Positions 16,057 to 27,826 of a stretch of DNA of 64,000 nucleotides are shown here, piece after piece. The DNA is taken from assembly GCA_965261425.1 (NCBI GenBank), contig OZ253452.1, positions 673,160 to 737,159 of the forward strand. The letters are read 5' to 3'. Each line of letters begins with the position of its first letter. Positions within the stretch are counted from its first letter, which is position 1. The notes under the pieces were generated by a model. That model was not told the origin of the DNA, made no database searches, and saw only the letters and a program-made list of their open reading frames with translations. A program made the position numbers and the translations under genes. This DNA is from Candidatus Spongiihabitans sp. GTDB taxonomy: Bacteria; Pseudomonadota; Gammaproteobacteria; Arenicellales; Poriferihabitantaceae.

Positions 16057-17937
16057 CTACCCATCATTATTGCCCATAAGTTGTTTTTGTTTGGCAGTTT
16101 GGTATTTTTTACGCGCTTGTTGAACCTCATCGCGGCTGGATACTTCCGCAACTGCCACATCCCACCACGCCCCGCCTTGCTCGGTCGCATTGGTGGGGTC
16201 GGTATCAATGACAATCACAAAGGTATTTTTGCTTTTTCGTGCTGTTTGCAATGCTTTTTCTAATTGCGCTATGGTTTGTACTGGTTTTGCTTCGGCTCCC
16301 AGTGATTGTGCATGGGCGGCGAAATCAATCTGTTTTGTAGATTTTTGCATGGCTTTTTGATAAGCTGGACTGTCTTTCCATAAATTATTAAAAGAAGAAC
16401 TGCCACAGGAAATCTGCAACCGATTGATGCAGGCAAAACCGCGATTATTCAATACCACAATGGTTATTTTATGCCCCGACATAACCGCAGTCGCAATTTC
16501 GGAATTGAGCATTAAATAACTGCCATCACCAACCATCACAATCACCTCACGAGCGGGAGTAGCCATTTTCACCCCCAAACCACCCGCAATCTCGTAGCCC
16601 ATGCAGGAATACCCATATTCCAAATGGTATCCTAAATGATGACGCACTTGCCATAGTTTATGCAGCTCTGCCGGTAAGCCCCCCGCCGCACAAACCACCG
16701 TGGTCTGTTCATCACTGTTGCGTTGCACCGCGCCAATCACTTCGGCATCCTTCGGCAAATAACGCTGGCTGTCATCTTTGGGTTGTGCGGTGAGTTGACA
16801 AACTGTTTGCTGCCAATTTTGATAATCTGCTTGACCGTCATGCAGCCATTTCTCTGCTGCCTGCCAATCTTGCAAAGCCGATTGCAGGCTTAAAAGTGCT
16901 TGTTGGGCATCTGCTTGCAATGAGTAAGAATTATGTTTGAAAGAATCAAATGAATTGACATTAATGTTGAGGATGGGTTTGTTGAATAAAGTTCGAGAAG
17001 CGGTGGTGAAATCTTGTAGTCGGGTGCCAATGGCAATAATTAAATCCGCATTCAAGACTGCATGATTCGCACTTGATGAACCGGTAACCCCGATTGCGCC
17101 TAGTTGATTGGGGTGATCGAATGTCAGCGCACCCTTTCCGGCTTGGGTTTCTGCCACTGGAATGTTTGATTTTTCGACAAAATGTTGCAGTGTTTGCGTG
17201 GCTAAAGAATAATGCACCCCGCCACCCACAATAATTACTGGTTTGCTACTTTTCCTTATTAAATCACAAGCCACATCCAATTGATGCAAATCAACACCGG
17301 GACGAATAATTTGATGGGTCATTACTTCAAAAAAATGACTTGGATAATCAAACGCCATAGTTTGCACATCCTGCGGCAGGCAAATTGTCGCTGGTCCACA
17401 CTCGGCCGGGTCTAGCAAAACCCGCAAGGCAGCGGGGAGGGCTGTAAGCAGCTGCTCGGGACGATTGATGCGATCAAAATATCTGGAAACTGGTCTAAAA
17501 CAATCGTTGACGGTGATAGTGGGGTCACCGAAATGTTCGATTTGCTGTAATACCGGATCGGAAGTGCGTGCCGCAAATGTATCTCCGGGTAACAACAACA
17601 CCGGCAATCGATTAACAAACGCCAAGGCTGCCGCAGTCACCATATTGCTTGCCCCCGGCCCAATAGAGCTGGTACAAGCCATCATCCGGCAGCGGCGATG
17701 TTGTTTGGCAAATGCGATTGCTGCCAAAGCCATGCTTTGTTCGTTGTGGGCGCGAAAAGTGGGAAATGTGTCCTGTACCTGTTCTAGTGCCTCACCCAAT
17801 CCGGCGACATTACCATGACCAAAAATAGCCCAACATCCGGCAAATAAGGTTTCAGTTTGATTGTTTTGGGTTGCAATACGTTGGTTTTGTAAAAATTTTA
17901 TCAGTGCCTGCGCCATCGTTAAGCGAATTGTTTTCAT
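16057..17937 (-). CDS. iolD: 3D-(3,5/4)-trihydroxycyclohexane-1,2-dione acylhydrolase (ThDP enzyme)
   Basis: MKTIRLTMAQALIKFLQNQ... plus the ThDP-binding GDGSYLMLNSE motif. The start is moved to the internal ATG (17937) because the upstream 20 codons read through a heptamer repeat. Confidence 0.88.
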   Translation of the reverse strand: MKTIRLTMAQALIKFLQNQRIATQNNQTETLFAGCWAIFGHGNVAGLGEALEQVQDTFPTFRAHNEQSMALAAIAFAKQHRRCRMMACTSSIGPGASNMVTAAALAFVNRLPVLLLPGDTFAARTSDPVLQQIEHFGDPTITVNDCFRPVSRYFDRINRPEQLLTALPAALRVLLDPAECGPATICLPQDVQTMAFDYPSHFFEVMTHQIIRPGVDLHQLDVACDLIRKSSKPVIIVGGGVHYSLATQTLQHFVEKSNIPVAETQAGKGALTFDHPNQLGAIGVTGSSSANHAVLNADLIIAIGTRLQDFTTASRTLFNKPILNINVNSFDSFKHNSYSLQADAQQALLSLQSALQDWQAAEKWLHDGQADYQNWQQTVCQLTAQPKDDSQRYLPKDAEVIGAVQRNSDEQTTVVCAAGGLPAELHKLWQVRHHLGYHLEYGYSCMGYEIAGGLGVKMATPAREVIVMVGDGSYLMLNSEIATAVMSGHKITIVVLNNRGFACINRLQISCGSSSFNNLWKDSPAYQKAMQKSTKQIDFAAHAQSLGAEAKPVQTIAQLEKALQTARKSKNTFVIVIDTDPTNATEQGGAWWDVAVAEVSSRDEVQQARKKYQTAKQKQLMGNNDG

Positions 17938-17960
17938 GTGTTTTTCGACCTTTACATATC

Positions 17961-18071
17961 GATTGATAATTGATAATTGATAACTGTCCACTGACAACTA
18001 TCTTTTTTTACTGGATTCCTGCTTTCGCAGGAAAGACAGAGGTTCGGTTCTTGCACAATCTCAAACGACTC
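17961..18071. repeat. Heptamer repeat (ATTGATA x3, then ACTGTCC ACTGACA) followed by mosaic repeat modules
   Basis: Direct reading, followed by the shared TTACTGGATTCCTGCTTTCGCAGGAAAGAC module. Confidence 0.85.
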
Positions 18072-18084
18072 TCGTAATTCGTAA

Positions 18085-20004
18085 TTATGACGCTTTGCAT
18101 TGCCAACAACAGCCCATCAGCCGCTGATAACTATCGGCTATTTCATCAACCAATTGAGTATCATCAATCATTCCACCCAACCAAGCCTTTGTCGATTGTG
18201 CAAAAACAGTGCTATCCATCATAAATCCTTTCACTAATGGGAAATTGGCTACGTCATTAAAACTTTGCGCCAAAGATTGCTCAAGTGGAGCCAATCCTGA
18301 AACAATAATTCCTCTGCAATAAGAATCATACCGAGCGATGATTTTTGTTACGTCATCCAAAATCACTTTGTTTTGCAAAGGTATCGTCCACCAATCAGGA
18401 TAAACCCCCAGATGATAGAAACGACTGATTGTGCGGGCTAAAACCGACTGATTGATTGTGCGATTTTCTGGGGTGATGATGTCCAGCAATAATTCATGTT
18501 CCGTTTGAATGCAGGCATCATAAATTTGTTTTGCCCTGCGCTCTTGGGTCAAGCGCAATTCGATTGCATCGTCTGGATGATAAAATATCTGACATTTGAC
18601 CACATGCTCGTGTGCCCAAGTGGCTAAATGTGCGGCAACATTATCACCCGCTTCAAACTCTAATGGGCGGCTACCCGACTGCTCAACCGGACGTGTAATC
18701 CACAAACCGCTACCGGTGGCTTCATTGAGTACATTCTGACCATATTTATCATCGCACAATATGCCCGCAGTAATGTCGCCAGAGGGATGCCGCGCAACTT
18801 GTTTGACGGCTTCAAAAATCAATCGTTTCAAGCGAGGAATCTGCGCATCGTTACCTTGTATTTTCATCGCTAAATCGAATAATTGCTGATCATCAAATGC
18901 AATCACGCCTAAATTTGCACCACACGGCGGATGTTTTTTCCGAGTGGTCACTTTGTGCAGGCGGTTCAAATATAGGCTTTGTGCAGGTTGCTTGATTTCG
19001 TCAGCATGTTGGATGTAATAATCAAGCTCCTGCCAGCTCGGCATTGCCGGCGCACAACCATGCCTCGAAACCACCAGCGCCCCACACGCATTGGCATAGG
19101 TGCAGCATTTTTCATCGCTTTCTGAATAAATCCAGCCACGCAAGAAGCCGCTAAAAAAAGCATCGCCAGCACCAAGCACGTTCAACACTGGCACATCAAA
19201 CCCGCCAAAATTCAATCCATCATCAAGACAATCGCCAATATCTTCGTTAAATACCGCACATCCTGAAGCCCCTCTTTTGACGACCAGAGTTGCTTTAGTC
19301 ATGTTGCGAATATGTTTTAGGCATTTTGTAATATCACTGAAACCGCCAGCAATGCAGAACTCCTCTTCGGTGCCAACAATCAAATCAAACAATGGCAAAA
19401 TACCTTGCAAATGCGTGCTAACAGTCGCGCTGGAAACATAGCGATTTTCACCCGCACCTTTTTTAGTTAAGCCCCAAAGCACGGGGCGATAATCAATATC
19501 AAGTACCGTTTTTGTTCCATTTTTCTTGGCGAGATCAATCGCATAACGACACACTTCAGAGGAATGCGCCGATGAAAAATGGGTGCCGGTAATCGCCAAC
19601 ACTTTCGACGAAGCAATAAATTTTTCATCAATAAAAGCGGTATCAATCGCCATATCCGCTACTTGTTCGCGATAAAACAGCAACGGAAAAGTGTCTATAT
19701 CCTTAATCCCCAACAACACCAAACCGGTCAATCGTTGATTATCAAATTGAATGTGACTCACATCCACACCAGCATCTGCTAATTCCTGTTTAACAAAATG
19801 ACCCATTTGTTCATCACCAACGCATGTCAGCATGGCCGATTTCAACCCCAATCGTGCTGTGCCAAAAGCAACATTGCCCGATGAACCACCTAAATACTTG
19901 GCAAAAGAATGAACATCCTCTAGTTTACTGCCAATTTGCTGGGCATATAAATCAACCCCAGCACGACCCAGACAAATGATATCTAATGTTTTATTCATAT
20001 CCAT
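18085..20004 (-). CDS. iolC: 5-dehydro-2-deoxygluconokinase fused to a DUF2090/IolJ-like C-terminal domain
   Basis: The N-terminal half is a PfkB kinase (DIICLGRAGVDLY..., GAGDAF). At 639 aa its length fits the bifunctional IolC form. Adjacent to iolD and iolE. Confidence 0.8.
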   Translation of the reverse strand: MDMNKTLDIICLGRAGVDLYAQQIGSKLEDVHSFAKYLGGSSGNVAFGTARLGLKSAMLTCVGDEQMGHFVKQELADAGVDVSHIQFDNQRLTGLVLLGIKDIDTFPLLFYREQVADMAIDTAFIDEKFIASSKVLAITGTHFSSAHSSEVCRYAIDLAKKNGTKTVLDIDYRPVLWGLTKKGAGENRYVSSATVSTHLQGILPLFDLIVGTEEEFCIAGGFSDITKCLKHIRNMTKATLVVKRGASGCAVFNEDIGDCLDDGLNFGGFDVPVLNVLGAGDAFFSGFLRGWIYSESDEKCCTYANACGALVVSRHGCAPAMPSWQELDYYIQHADEIKQPAQSLYLNRLHKVTTRKKHPPCGANLGVIAFDDQQLFDLAMKIQGNDAQIPRLKRLIFEAVKQVARHPSGDITAGILCDDKYGQNVLNEATGSGLWITRPVEQSGSRPLEFEAGDNVAAHLATWAHEHVVKCQIFYHPDDAIELRLTQERRAKQIYDACIQTEHELLLDIITPENRTINQSVLARTISRFYHLGVYPDWWTIPLQNKVILDDVTKIIARYDSYCRGIIVSGLAPLEQSLAQSFNDVANFPLVKGFMMDSTVFAQSTKAWLGGMIDDTQLVDEIADSYQRLMGCCWQCKAS

Positions 20005-20060
20005 GATGCGTTAATTTTGCGCGCCAATTTTACCGTCAATTTTTCAAGAGGCGGCTCCCG

Positions 20061-20429
20061 TTATTGCAAAGTACGCAGATATCGCGCCAACTCTATTTCG
20101 TCCATTATGCCTTGTGCAACCTTGATAATGACCGCTCCGATTGTTTCAAAATCGAACTCTATGATGATGCCATTTTTCCGCAAACAAGTATCCATAGCAA
20201 CAAAAGATGTTCTTTTATTTGTATCATTGAATACATGACCTATGCCAATAACCACCGCATAGGTGGCAGCTAAATCGTATTCATCTTTGATGATTCCATA
20301 ATGAATGCGATTCTCGACACGATTGATGACCGCATCGAGTGACTTATTGCCTGCAAGACCTTGTAGCTCATTGGGGTTGATAACCTTTCCATGGATGCTA
20401 AAAATATCCTCACTACTTAACAATTCCAT
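20061..20429 (-). CDS. doc: type II toxin, death-on-curing (Doc/Fic family)
   Basis: Doc motif HVFNDTNKRTS (HxFxDxNKR); 122 aa; the start lies 3 nt after the stop of the upstream antitoxin gene. Confidence 0.88.
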   Translation of the reverse strand: MELLSSEDIFSIHGKVINPNELQGLAGNKSLDAVINRVENRIHYGIIKDEYDLAATYAVVIGIGHVFNDTNKRTSFVAMDTCLRKNGIIIEFDFETIGAVIIKVAQGIMDEIELARYLRTLQ

Positions 20430-20432
20430 TGT

Positions 20433-20687
20433 TTATTTATCCTTTAGATAGTCCAGCACCGCTTGGTTTTGTGCAATAGATTCCTCGGCAGCCTTTTGTA
20501 CTTCCGCACTATCAGCATACTTAAAACTCACCTGATCAACCGCAGATTTAGGCACAATGTACCCGACCACATTGTTACGATTCAGCACCGCTACCGGCGA
20601 ATCCCCCGCATTTGCGAGTACTTTGGCAGGATCTCGCAACTCCGTTAGCGATACGGTTTTATGGGAAAGTATTCTTTCCATCTGCAT
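20433..20687 (-). CDS. phd: type II antitoxin, Phd/YefM family
   Basis: 84 aa. SLTELRDPAKVL...PVAVLNRNNVVGYIV is a typical Phd/YefM N-terminal fold. Operon with doc. Confidence 0.85.
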   Translation of the reverse strand: MQMERILSHKTVSLTELRDPAKVLANAGDSPVAVLNRNNVVGYIVPKSAVDQVSFKYADSAEVQKAAEESIAQNQAVLDYLKDK

Positions 20688-20854
20688 GCTCCACTAATTA
20701 ACGATTAAATAAATATTAAAATGTACATTTCGTATTTTAGCGCCTATCTGGCTTTTGTCAAACATCGGAATCAGAAAATACTTGAGCAAAGACTTTTGCA
20801 TCATTCTCGGGAGTGCGTAGCCGTGCAAAGTCCGTGCTAGAACGGCGGGACTTA

Positions 20855-20899
20855 TGTACAGGATGTACGGTATGCCGATTTTGCAAGAGCAAAAATCGG
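20855..20899 (+). mobile_element. Hairpin-module miniature element, minimal 45-nt form
   Basis: TGTACAGGATGTACGGTATGCCGATTTTGCAAGAGCAAAAATCGG, flanked by TA on both sides and by GGGACTTA...TAAAGTCCC. It corresponds to the core of 5161-5255. Confidence 0.75.
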
Positions 20900-20998
20900 T
20901 AAAGTCCCACTTCCAGTGTTGGTAAACTGCCCACTGACAACTGAAATAAAGACGCGCATCAGTTACAATCGGGACTTTAATTCTTATCCATTTTTATT

Positions 20999-22087
20999 GT
21001 GTCTGGCAACAGTTTCGGAAAATTATTTACCATGACGACTTTCGGCGAAAGTCATGGTGTTGCTCTCGGCGGCATTGTTGATGGCTGCCCGCCGGGATTG
21101 GCATTATGTGAAGCGGATTTGCAAATTGATTTGGATCGCCGAAAGCCGGGCGCATCAAAATATACCAGCCAGCGAAAGGAAGCCGATCAAGTTGAGATTC
21201 TCTCGGGTGTTTTTGAAGGCAAGACGACCGGTACACCGATTGGGTTGCTCATCCGCAATCATGATCAACGCACCCGCGATTATGACAAAATTAAAGATCG
21301 GTTTCGCCCCGGCCATGCGGATTTTACCTATACCAAAAAATATGGTTTCCGCGATTACCGTGGCGGCGGACGTTCTTCGGCACGCGAAACCGCGATACGG
21401 GTGGCAGCAGGTGGCATCGCAAAAAAGTATTTGCGCGATTATTATGGCGTGGAGATTCGTGGCTGTGTCTGCCAAATCGGTGATATAAAAATTGCTCTTA
21501 AAGACTGGGATGATGTCAGCCAAAATCCCTTTTTCATTGCCGACAAAACCGCAGTGGGACAACTGGAGGCGTTAATTAAACGAGTCAGGAAAGACGGGGA
21601 TTCTATTGGTGCGGGTGTCTTGATTGAAGCGTCCGGCTTGCCGGTTGGGTGGGGGGAACCGGTGTTTGACCGACTGGATGCCGACATTGCCAAAGCGATG
21701 ATGAGCATCAACGCTGCCAAAGGGGTTGAAATTGGCGCAGGATTTGAGGTTATCGCTCAACGCGGTTCGGAACATCGAGACGAAATAACTCCAGATGGGT
21801 TTAAGTCCAATCATGCCGGTGGCATACTCGGTGGCATCTCCAGCGGACAGGATATTCAGGTCAAGGTTGCGTTTAAGCCGACATCAAGTATTCAGGTCGT
21901 TGCCGACACGGTTAATCTGGAAAATCAACCGGTTGATGTGGTAACGACTGGACGGCATGACCCCTGTGTGGGTATTCGGGCGGTTCCCATTGCTGAGGCG
22001 ATGCTGGCGTTGGTGTGCATCGATCATGCTTTGAGAAATCGCGCTCAAAATCCGCATGGCATTGCAGAAAGCGGTAATATAGGTTGA
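20999..22087 (+). CDS. aroC: chorismate synthase
   Basis: [16 protein letters not shown]-terminus and RPGHADFTY motif; 362 aa. Confidence 0.96.
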   Translation: MSGNSFGKLFTMTTFGESHGVALGGIVDGCPPGLALCEADLQIDLDRRKPGASKYTSQRKEADQVEILSGVFEGKTTGTPIGLLIRNHDQRTRDYDKIKDRFRPGHADFTYTKKYGFRDYRGGGRSSARETAIRVAAGGIAKKYLRDYYGVEIRGCVCQIGDIKIALKDWDDVSQNPFFIADKTAVGQLEALIKRVRKDGDSIGAGVLIEASGLPVGWGEPVFDRLDADIAKAMMSINAAKGVEIGAGFEVIAQRGSEHRDEITPDGFKSNHAGGILGGISSGQDIQVKVAFKPTSSIQVVADTVNLENQPVDVVTTGRHDPCVGIRAVPIAEAMLALVCIDHALRNRAQNPHGIAESGNIG

Positions 22088-22157
22088 TATTGACATTCCC
22101 GAGCAAAACGATTTGCCAACATTGTGATACTATCAGCCGTTCTCGGCAATCTGTTAG

Positions 22158-23597
22158 ATGAATATGTCCCCACAAACGCTCTACGACAAACTTTGGCAAC
22201 AACATGTTGTGCCTTGCACGGAAGATAATGCTGCGGAAGATAGTACAACACTCATTTATATTGATCGCCATCTGATTCATGAGGTTACCTCGCCACAGGC
22301 ATTTGAAGGCTTGCACCTCGCGAAACGCAAGCCTTGGCGGGTTGACTCGATGCTTGCGGTGCCGGATCATAATGTCCCGACCACAGTGGATCATGCCGAG
22401 GTTGATGACCCAATATCCCGTCTCCAAATAACCACCTTAGATCAAAACTGCCAACATTTTGGCATCACCGAATTTAGCATATCGGATCCTCGACAAGGGA
22501 TTGTGCATGTCATCGGTCCAGAACAAGGGGCAACATTGCCGGGCATGACGATTGTCTGTGGCGACTCGCATACATCCACCCACGGTGCATTTGGTGCGCT
22601 GGCGTTTGGTATTGGCACCTCCGAAGTGGAGCATGTCATGGCGACTCAATGCCTGATTCTGCATAAATCAAAAAATATGCGAATCTGGCTACAGGGCGCA
22701 TTGCCGCTCGGGGTAAGTGCCAAAGATTTGGTGCTCTCTGTGATTGGTGAAATCGGCACTGCTGGCGGCAGCGGTCATGCGATTGAATTTGCCGGACCGG
22801 TGATTGACTCGTTAAGCATGGAAGGGCGAATGACGGTCTGTAATATGGCAATCGAAGCAGGAGCGCGTTCAGGAATGATTGCGGTTGATCAGGTTACCAT
22901 AGATTATTTGCATGGCAGACCGTATGCTCCGAGTGGCGAATTATGGGATCGGGCGGTACAAAGTTGGCAACAATTGCACAGCGATGAAGGGGCAAATTTT
23001 GATCGTGAAATCACCATTGATGTCAGCACCCTGCTGCCACAAGTCACTTGGGGAACATCGCCGCAGATGGTGGTTGGCATTGATGACGTGGTGCCAAACC
23101 CGGGACACGAGCCCGACCCGATTATCCGCGAAGGCATGGAACGTGCGCTGGCGTACATGGCACTTAAGGCGGGCACACCGATAAAGGAAATTGATCTGGA
23201 TTTGATATTTATTGGCTCCTGTACCAATGGTCGGATTGAGGATTTACGCGCTGCCGCAGCAGTTGCCCGTGGCAAGCAGATTGCCGACAATATAAAGCAA
23301 GCACTGGTTGTGCCCGGCTCCGGTTTGGTCAAGCGACAAGCAGAGTCGGAAGGGCTGCATCAAATATTTATTGATGCCGGATTTGAATGGCGCAATCCCG
23401 GATGTTCCATGTGCCTTGCCATGAATGCCGACCGATTACAACCCGGCGAACGCTGTGCCTCAACATCAAACAGAAACTTTGAAGGTCGGCAAGGACAAGG
23501 TGGGCGCAGTCATTTGGTTTCCCCTGCTATGGCAGCTGCCGCCGCGATTGCCGGTCATTTTGCCGACCCGAGCAAAATGGAGCGAGCAGATGGATAA
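22158..23597 (+). CDS. leuC: 3-isopropylmalate dehydratase large subunit
   Basis: [12 protein letters not shown]..., [14 protein letters not shown] and [12 protein letters not shown] motifs; 479 aa. Confidence 0.96.
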   Translation: MNMSPQTLYDKLWQQHVVPCTEDNAAEDSTTLIYIDRHLIHEVTSPQAFEGLHLAKRKPWRVDSMLAVPDHNVPTTVDHAEVDDPISRLQITTLDQNCQHFGITEFSISDPRQGIVHVIGPEQGATLPGMTIVCGDSHTSTHGAFGALAFGIGTSEVEHVMATQCLILHKSKNMRIWLQGALPLGVSAKDLVLSVIGEIGTAGGSGHAIEFAGPVIDSLSMEGRMTVCNMAIEAGARSGMIAVDQVTIDYLHGRPYAPSGELWDRAVQSWQQLHSDEGANFDREITIDVSTLLPQVTWGTSPQMVVGIDDVVPNPGHEPDPIIREGMERALAYMALKAGTPIKEIDLDLIFIGSCTNGRIEDLRAAAAVARGKQIADNIKQALVVPGSGLVKRQAESEGLHQIFIDAGFEWRNPGCSMCLAMNADRLQPGERCASTSNRNFEGRQGQGGRSHLVSPAMAAAAAIAGHFADPSKMERADG

Positions 23598-24249
23598 ATT
23601 CACCCTATTAGAAGGCATCGTAGCCCCATTGGATCGCGCCAATGTGGATACCGATGCGATCATCCCGAAACAGTTTCTTAAATCAATTAAACGCACTGGG
23701 TTTGGGGTGAATTTATTTGATGAATGGCGTTATCTCGATCATGGCGAACCGGGCATGGATAACTCTGCGCGTCCGCTCAATCCTGATTTTGTACTCAATT
23801 TCCCGCGCTACAACAATGCCCAGATTTTGCTTGCCAGAGATAATTTTGGCTGTGGCTCATCCCGAGAACACGCCCCTTGGGCACTGCATGGCTATGGATT
23901 TCGCTGTATCATTGCCCCCAGCTATGCAGATATTTTCCTCAATAATTGCTTCAAAAATGCTATCTTGCCCATCGTTTTGAACGGCGAGACGGTAACCGAT
24001 TTATTTATTCAGACTGCCAAACACAGCGGATACACCCTGAAGGTAGACCTGCCAAACCAGATCATCACATTGCCGAACAAAACCAACATTTCTTTTTCGA
24101 TAGACGGCTTCCGAAAACACGCCCTCTTAAACGGGTTGGACGAAATTGGATTGACGCTTGAAAAAACGGCAATGATTAAACAGTACGAGCAACAACGTAA
24201 AGGTGAAGCCCCTTGGCTGTTTAATCAAGGGCACCCTCAATCTCGTTAA
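23590..24249 (+). CDS. leuD: 3-isopropylmalate dehydratase small subunit
   Basis: The start is taken as [31 protein letters not shown], whose ATG at 23590 overlaps the leuC stop. [13 protein letters not shown] motif. Confidence 0.93.
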   Translation: MDKFTLLEGIVAPLDRANVDTDAIIPKQFLKSIKRTGFGVNLFDEWRYLDHGEPGMDNSARPLNPDFVLNFPRYNNAQILLARDNFGCGSSREHAPWALHGYGFRCIIAPSYADIFLNNCFKNAILPIVLNGETVTDLFIQTAKHSGYTLKVDLPNQIITLPNKTNISFSIDGFRKHALLNGLDEIGLTLEKTAMIKQYEQQRKGEAPWLFNQGHPQSR

Positions 24250-25082
24250 GATCGATTGGTTCCTGATGCGAGTTCTGTTACAAATTGATGGAGATTATTG
24301 ACGATTTGATCGCGGTCGATATTTTGCTCAATGCCTGTTGCGATAACGTCTATGAGAGCCGATCCGACCACAGCAGCATCAGCAATAGAGGCAATTTCCC
24401 TGACTTGTTGTTTGGTTTTTATGCCGAAGCCGACGGCTATTGGCAATGAGGTTTGATTTCGTATGCGCGCAAGAGCGGTGTTTATGTCGGCTTGTTGTGC
24501 CGAACGGGTTCCGGTTATTCCAGTGATGGAAACATGATATACGAATCCGGAGCTATTTTTTAACACGGTGGCGAGTCTGTCCTCGTTGCTGGTTGGGGTG
24601 GTCAGTCGAATCCAGTTTAATCCAGCAGTGAGACACGCATGGCAGAGCTCATCATCTTCTTCGGGCGGGAGGTCAACAATAATCAATCCGTCCACTCCCG
24701 CGCTAATGGCATCGCTCAGAAATCGCTCATTACCGTAATGATAAATCGGATTGTAGTAACCCATTAACACGATGGGCGTTTGCTCATCGAGTTGTCGAAA
24801 CTGAACGACCATATCCAGCGTTTTAGCCAAAGTTATGCCGTTTTTTAGAGCGCGCAGGCTGGCTAATTGAATCGCAGGTCCGTCTGCCATCGGGTCGGAA
24901 AACGGCATACCCAATTCGATAATATCGGCACCTGCTTTGGGCAGCCCGTTAAGAATTTTTTGCGCGCTATCCGCATCTGGGTCGCCAGCGGTGGTGAAGG
25001 TGATTAACCCTGCCCGTCCGGCAGATTTCAGTTTTGCGAAACGCTTGCTCAGACGTTGACTGCCACTTATATGAACACTCAC
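24246..25082 (-). CDS. trpA: tryptophan synthase alpha chain
   Basis: [17 protein letters not shown] motif; 278 aa; 4-nt overlap with trpB. Confidence 0.95.
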   Translation of the reverse strand: MSVHISGSQRLSKRFAKLKSAGRAGLITFTTAGDPDADSAQKILNGLPKAGADIIELGMPFSDPMADGPAIQLASLRALKNGITLAKTLDMVVQFRQLDEQTPIVLMGYYNPIYHYGNERFLSDAISAGVDGLIIVDLPPEEDDELCHACLTAGLNWIRLTTPTSNEDRLATVLKNSSGFVYHVSITGITGTRSAQQADINTALARIRNQTSLPIAVGFGIKTKQQVREIASIADAAVVGSALIDVIATGIEQNIDRDQIVNNLHQFVTELASGTNRS

Positions 25083-26338
25083 GGGGCGGCTCCCATGTCG
25101 AACCCTAGTGCTTCCGCTACGGTGAATACATCTTTATCGCCGCGACCACACAGATTCATAATAATAATTTGATTCGGCGACATGGTGGGCGCAATTTTGG
25201 CAACATGTGCGAGCGCATGAGCCGGCTCCAATGCTGGAATGATACCTTCGGCACGACAACATAATTGGAACGCATTGAGTGCTTCCTGATCAGTAGCAGA
25301 GACATATTGCACACGACCAGTTTCATATAGCCATGAATGCTCAGGTCCAATGCCCGGATAATCCAGTCCAGCAGAAATAGAATGGGCATCGCAAATCTGA
25401 CCATCGTCATCTTGCAACAAATAGGTTCTGTTGCCGTGTAACACTCCCGGCTGACCGCCACTCAGCGAGGCGGCATGTTTTCCGCTCTCCATTCCCTTCC
25501 CCGCCGCTTCCACCCCAATCATGGATACTGATTCGTCATCCAAAAAAGGATGAAACAGCCCAATGGCATTCGAGCCGCCGCCAATGCAAGCAATCAGGGT
25601 GTCGGGCAAGCGATTTTCTTTTTCAAGAATTTGCTGTTTCGCTTCCCTACCGATGATACATTGAAAATCACGCACCATTTGCGGATAGGGATGCGGTCCG
25701 GCAGCAGTACCGATAATATAAAAAGTATCCTCAACATTAGAGACCCAATCGCGTAGAGCATCATTCATGGCATCTTTCAAAGTCGCTGTTCCGCTGGTTA
25801 CCGGTATGACTTCGGCGCCGAGGAGTTTCATCCGAAATATATTCGGTGCCTGACGTTTAATATCTGTTTCCCCCATATACACCACACAAGGCAGGTCGAA
25901 CAAGGCACACACTGTCGCCGTGGCAACCCCATGTTGACCGGCACCGGTCTCGGCAATGATACGCCGTTTACCCATGCGTTTTGCCAATAAAATTTGCCCG
26001 AGAGTATTATTGATTTTATGTGCTCCAGTGTGATTCAGTTCATCCCGTTTGAAATAAATCTTCGCACCGCCTAGCTCGCGGGTCAGGCTTTCGGCAAAAT
26101 AAAGTGGGCTGGGTCTGCCAATATAGTCTTTGGCGTAATAATCAAATTCTTGCATGAAGCCCGCATCGGTTTTATATTTGTTATAGGCTTTCTCCACATC
26201 GAGAACAAGCGGCATCAAGGTTTCAGCAGCAAATCTGCCCCCAAAAATCCCGAAGTACCCACGCTCGTCCGGGGCCGAGCGAAATGATTCTGGATTAGGG
26301 CAATCTGTCCGATTTTTGCTTGCGTTTGTCATATCCAA
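25079..26338 (-). CDS. trpB: tryptophan synthase beta chain
   Basis: The PLP-lysine context [11 protein letters not shown] and GGGSNAIG. Confidence 0.96.
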   Translation of the reverse strand: MDMTNASKNRTDCPNPESFRSAPDERGYFGIFGGRFAAETLMPLVLDVEKAYNKYKTDAGFMQEFDYYAKDYIGRPSPLYFAESLTRELGGAKIYFKRDELNHTGAHKINNTLGQILLAKRMGKRRIIAETGAGQHGVATATVCALFDLPCVVYMGETDIKRQAPNIFRMKLLGAEVIPVTSGTATLKDAMNDALRDWVSNVEDTFYIIGTAAGPHPYPQMVRDFQCIIGREAKQQILEKENRLPDTLIACIGGGSNAIGLFHPFLDDESVSMIGVEAAGKGMESGKHAASLSGGQPGVLHGNRTYLLQDDDGQICDAHSISAGLDYPGIGPEHSWLYETGRVQYVSATDQEALNAFQLCCRAEGIIPALEPAHALAHVAKIAPTMSPNQIIIMNLCGRGDKDVFTVAEALGFDMGAAP

Positions 26339-26615
26339 TTGTTTATAGCGAAAACTAGATTATACCGTTTCAAACAGGTTCGGCAAGCATTTTGAATATT
26401 CGTTTGGAGTTACTCGGCACAGAATAATCAACCCTAAACAGTATTCGTGCCAAGCGTATCGCCAAACAGATAAAAACAAAAAAGAAAACCGCGCTGGTAT
26501 TCGCCACCCATAAGTTTATCGGGCAAAAGAGGCTGACCAGTATGGGGATTACGTTTTGTGGCTTGTCGTATGGTACACTTATCACTAATGCGATTTTATT
26601 CGGGGAGGATAAACG

Positions 26616-26822
26616 ATGAAATTCAATGTAACAATGATGCAAGACGAAGATGGCGTATGGGTTACTGAATGCCCTGCTATACCGGGTTGTGTAAGCCAGG
26701 GAGAGACGCGACAACGGGCACTTGACAGTATTCAGGAAGCCATTGCGCTTTGTCTTGAGGTGCGCTCCGAAAAAGGATTCCCGCTGACTGTTGAAACGCG
26801 GCAAGTCGATGTCGTGATGTAA
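26616..26822 (+). CDS. hicB: type II antitoxin, HicB family (short form)
   Basis: MKFNVTMMQDEDGVWVTECPAIPGCVSQGETRQRALDSIQEAIALCLE matches the HicB/UPF0150 N-terminal domain. Confidence 0.85.
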   Translation: MKFNVTMMQDEDGVWVTECPAIPGCVSQGETRQRALDSIQEAIALCLEVRSEKGFPLTVETRQVDVVM

Positions 26823-27043
26823 TGCCGGTCTTGCCCTCTTTGAGCGGAAAGGAAGTAACACGGGGTTTTGGAAAATTGGGCTGGATTGTGGTGCGCCGCA
26901 AAGGTAGTCACATTATTCTGACAAAGGAAGGAGAGATGGCTACGCTCTCCGTGCCGAATCATCGGGAAGTTGCCAAAGGAACGCTGAGAAGTTTAATTCG
27001 TTCAGCCGGGCTGACTGTGGATGAGTTTTTAGCAGTGCTATAA
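26822..27043 (+). CDS. hicA: type II toxin, HicA mRNA interferase
   Basis: LSGKEVTRGFGKLGWIVVRRKGSHIILTKEG...HREVAKGTLRSLIRSAGLTVDEFL matches the HicA/YcfA fold. It overlaps the hicB stop. Confidence 0.88.
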   Translation: MPVLPSLSGKEVTRGFGKLGWIVVRRKGSHIILTKEGEMATLSVPNHREVAKGTLRSLIRSAGLTVDEFLAVL

Positions 27044-27291
27044 GGAAGCGACAAGGATGTATTATAAAAAAACTACAAAGGCTCACACTGACGAAGCGGA
27101 CAAATGTCTAAGTCCATGCTGGTGGCATGGGCAAACTATATTCTTCGGTTGCGGGATGTTCTTTTTGATTGCTTGGGTTGTAACTGATTTTTGACCACCG
27201 GGGAATCCACAGGGTTGTTTAGTAATAACGTAATTCGACAGTAATTTCATATATACTCCAATTTTTTCGGCAACTGTGATTATCCGGTACA

Positions 27292-27552
27292 ATGTACTTG
27301 TTAATTCAGACCGTTATGTTTTCAAAAGACAAAGCCACTAGGAATAAAATGTGTGAAAATACAATTGATCGCCTGAATGAGCTTCTTGATTATGTGCGTT
27401 GCGTTGGAAAGCTTAATCAAAAACCAGTGTTCAGAGTAGAAGACTACAAGCAACTACATATTTGGGAGCATGCGTTAAAGGGGAAAATCGGAATCCATCA
27501 TAATATTGTTGATAACGATGGTGTTTCTATCTGGGGCGAATTCAACCCATAA
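27292..27552 (+). pseudogene. 5' fragment of an unknown larger gene, truncated by an IS30 end
   Basis: The ORF (…RLNELLDYVRCVGKLNQKPVFRVEDYKQLHIWEHALKGKIGIHHNI…) runs directly into the IS30 terminal repeat. Its last codons, W-G-E-F-N-P-stop, are IS sequence. Confidence 0.6.
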
Positions 27553-27826
27553 GTGCAACACGGTGGTTAAAGAAATAGTCTTTGCCCATCATTTCAGCAA
27601 AGACCTCGAAAGGGGTCTTAAATCCCAGACATTTTCTGGGACGATTATTCATTAAATCTGTTGCTGTTTTCACCGCATTGTCAGTGATTTTATCAAGTTT
27701 CATCTTTTTCGGGAAGAACTGTCTCAATAGCCCGTTATGGTTTTCATTCGATCCACGCTCCCAGCTATGATACGGCTTGGCAAAGTAAGTGTTGCAATTT
27801 AATTGTTTGGCAATTTCATTACACAA
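27535..27826 (-). mobile_element. IS30-family element, right-end fragment (transposase C-terminus only)
   Basis: …YFAKPYHSWERGSNENHNGLLRQFFPKK…LNNRPRKCLGFKTPFEVF is the conserved IS30 DDE C-terminal region. The N-terminal roughly 250 aa are missing. The ORF ends inside the terminal repeat. Confidence 0.88.

Noticed and set aside
21912-22427. 171-aa minus-strand ORF spanning the aroC-leuC junction
   Set aside because: It is antisense to the well-supported 3' end of aroC and 5' end of leuC and has no motif.
26370-26861. 163-aa minus-strand ORF overlapping hicB
   Set aside because: It has no recognisable motif and an odd composition, and it lies antisense to a well-supported hicB-hicA pair and the trpB upstream region.
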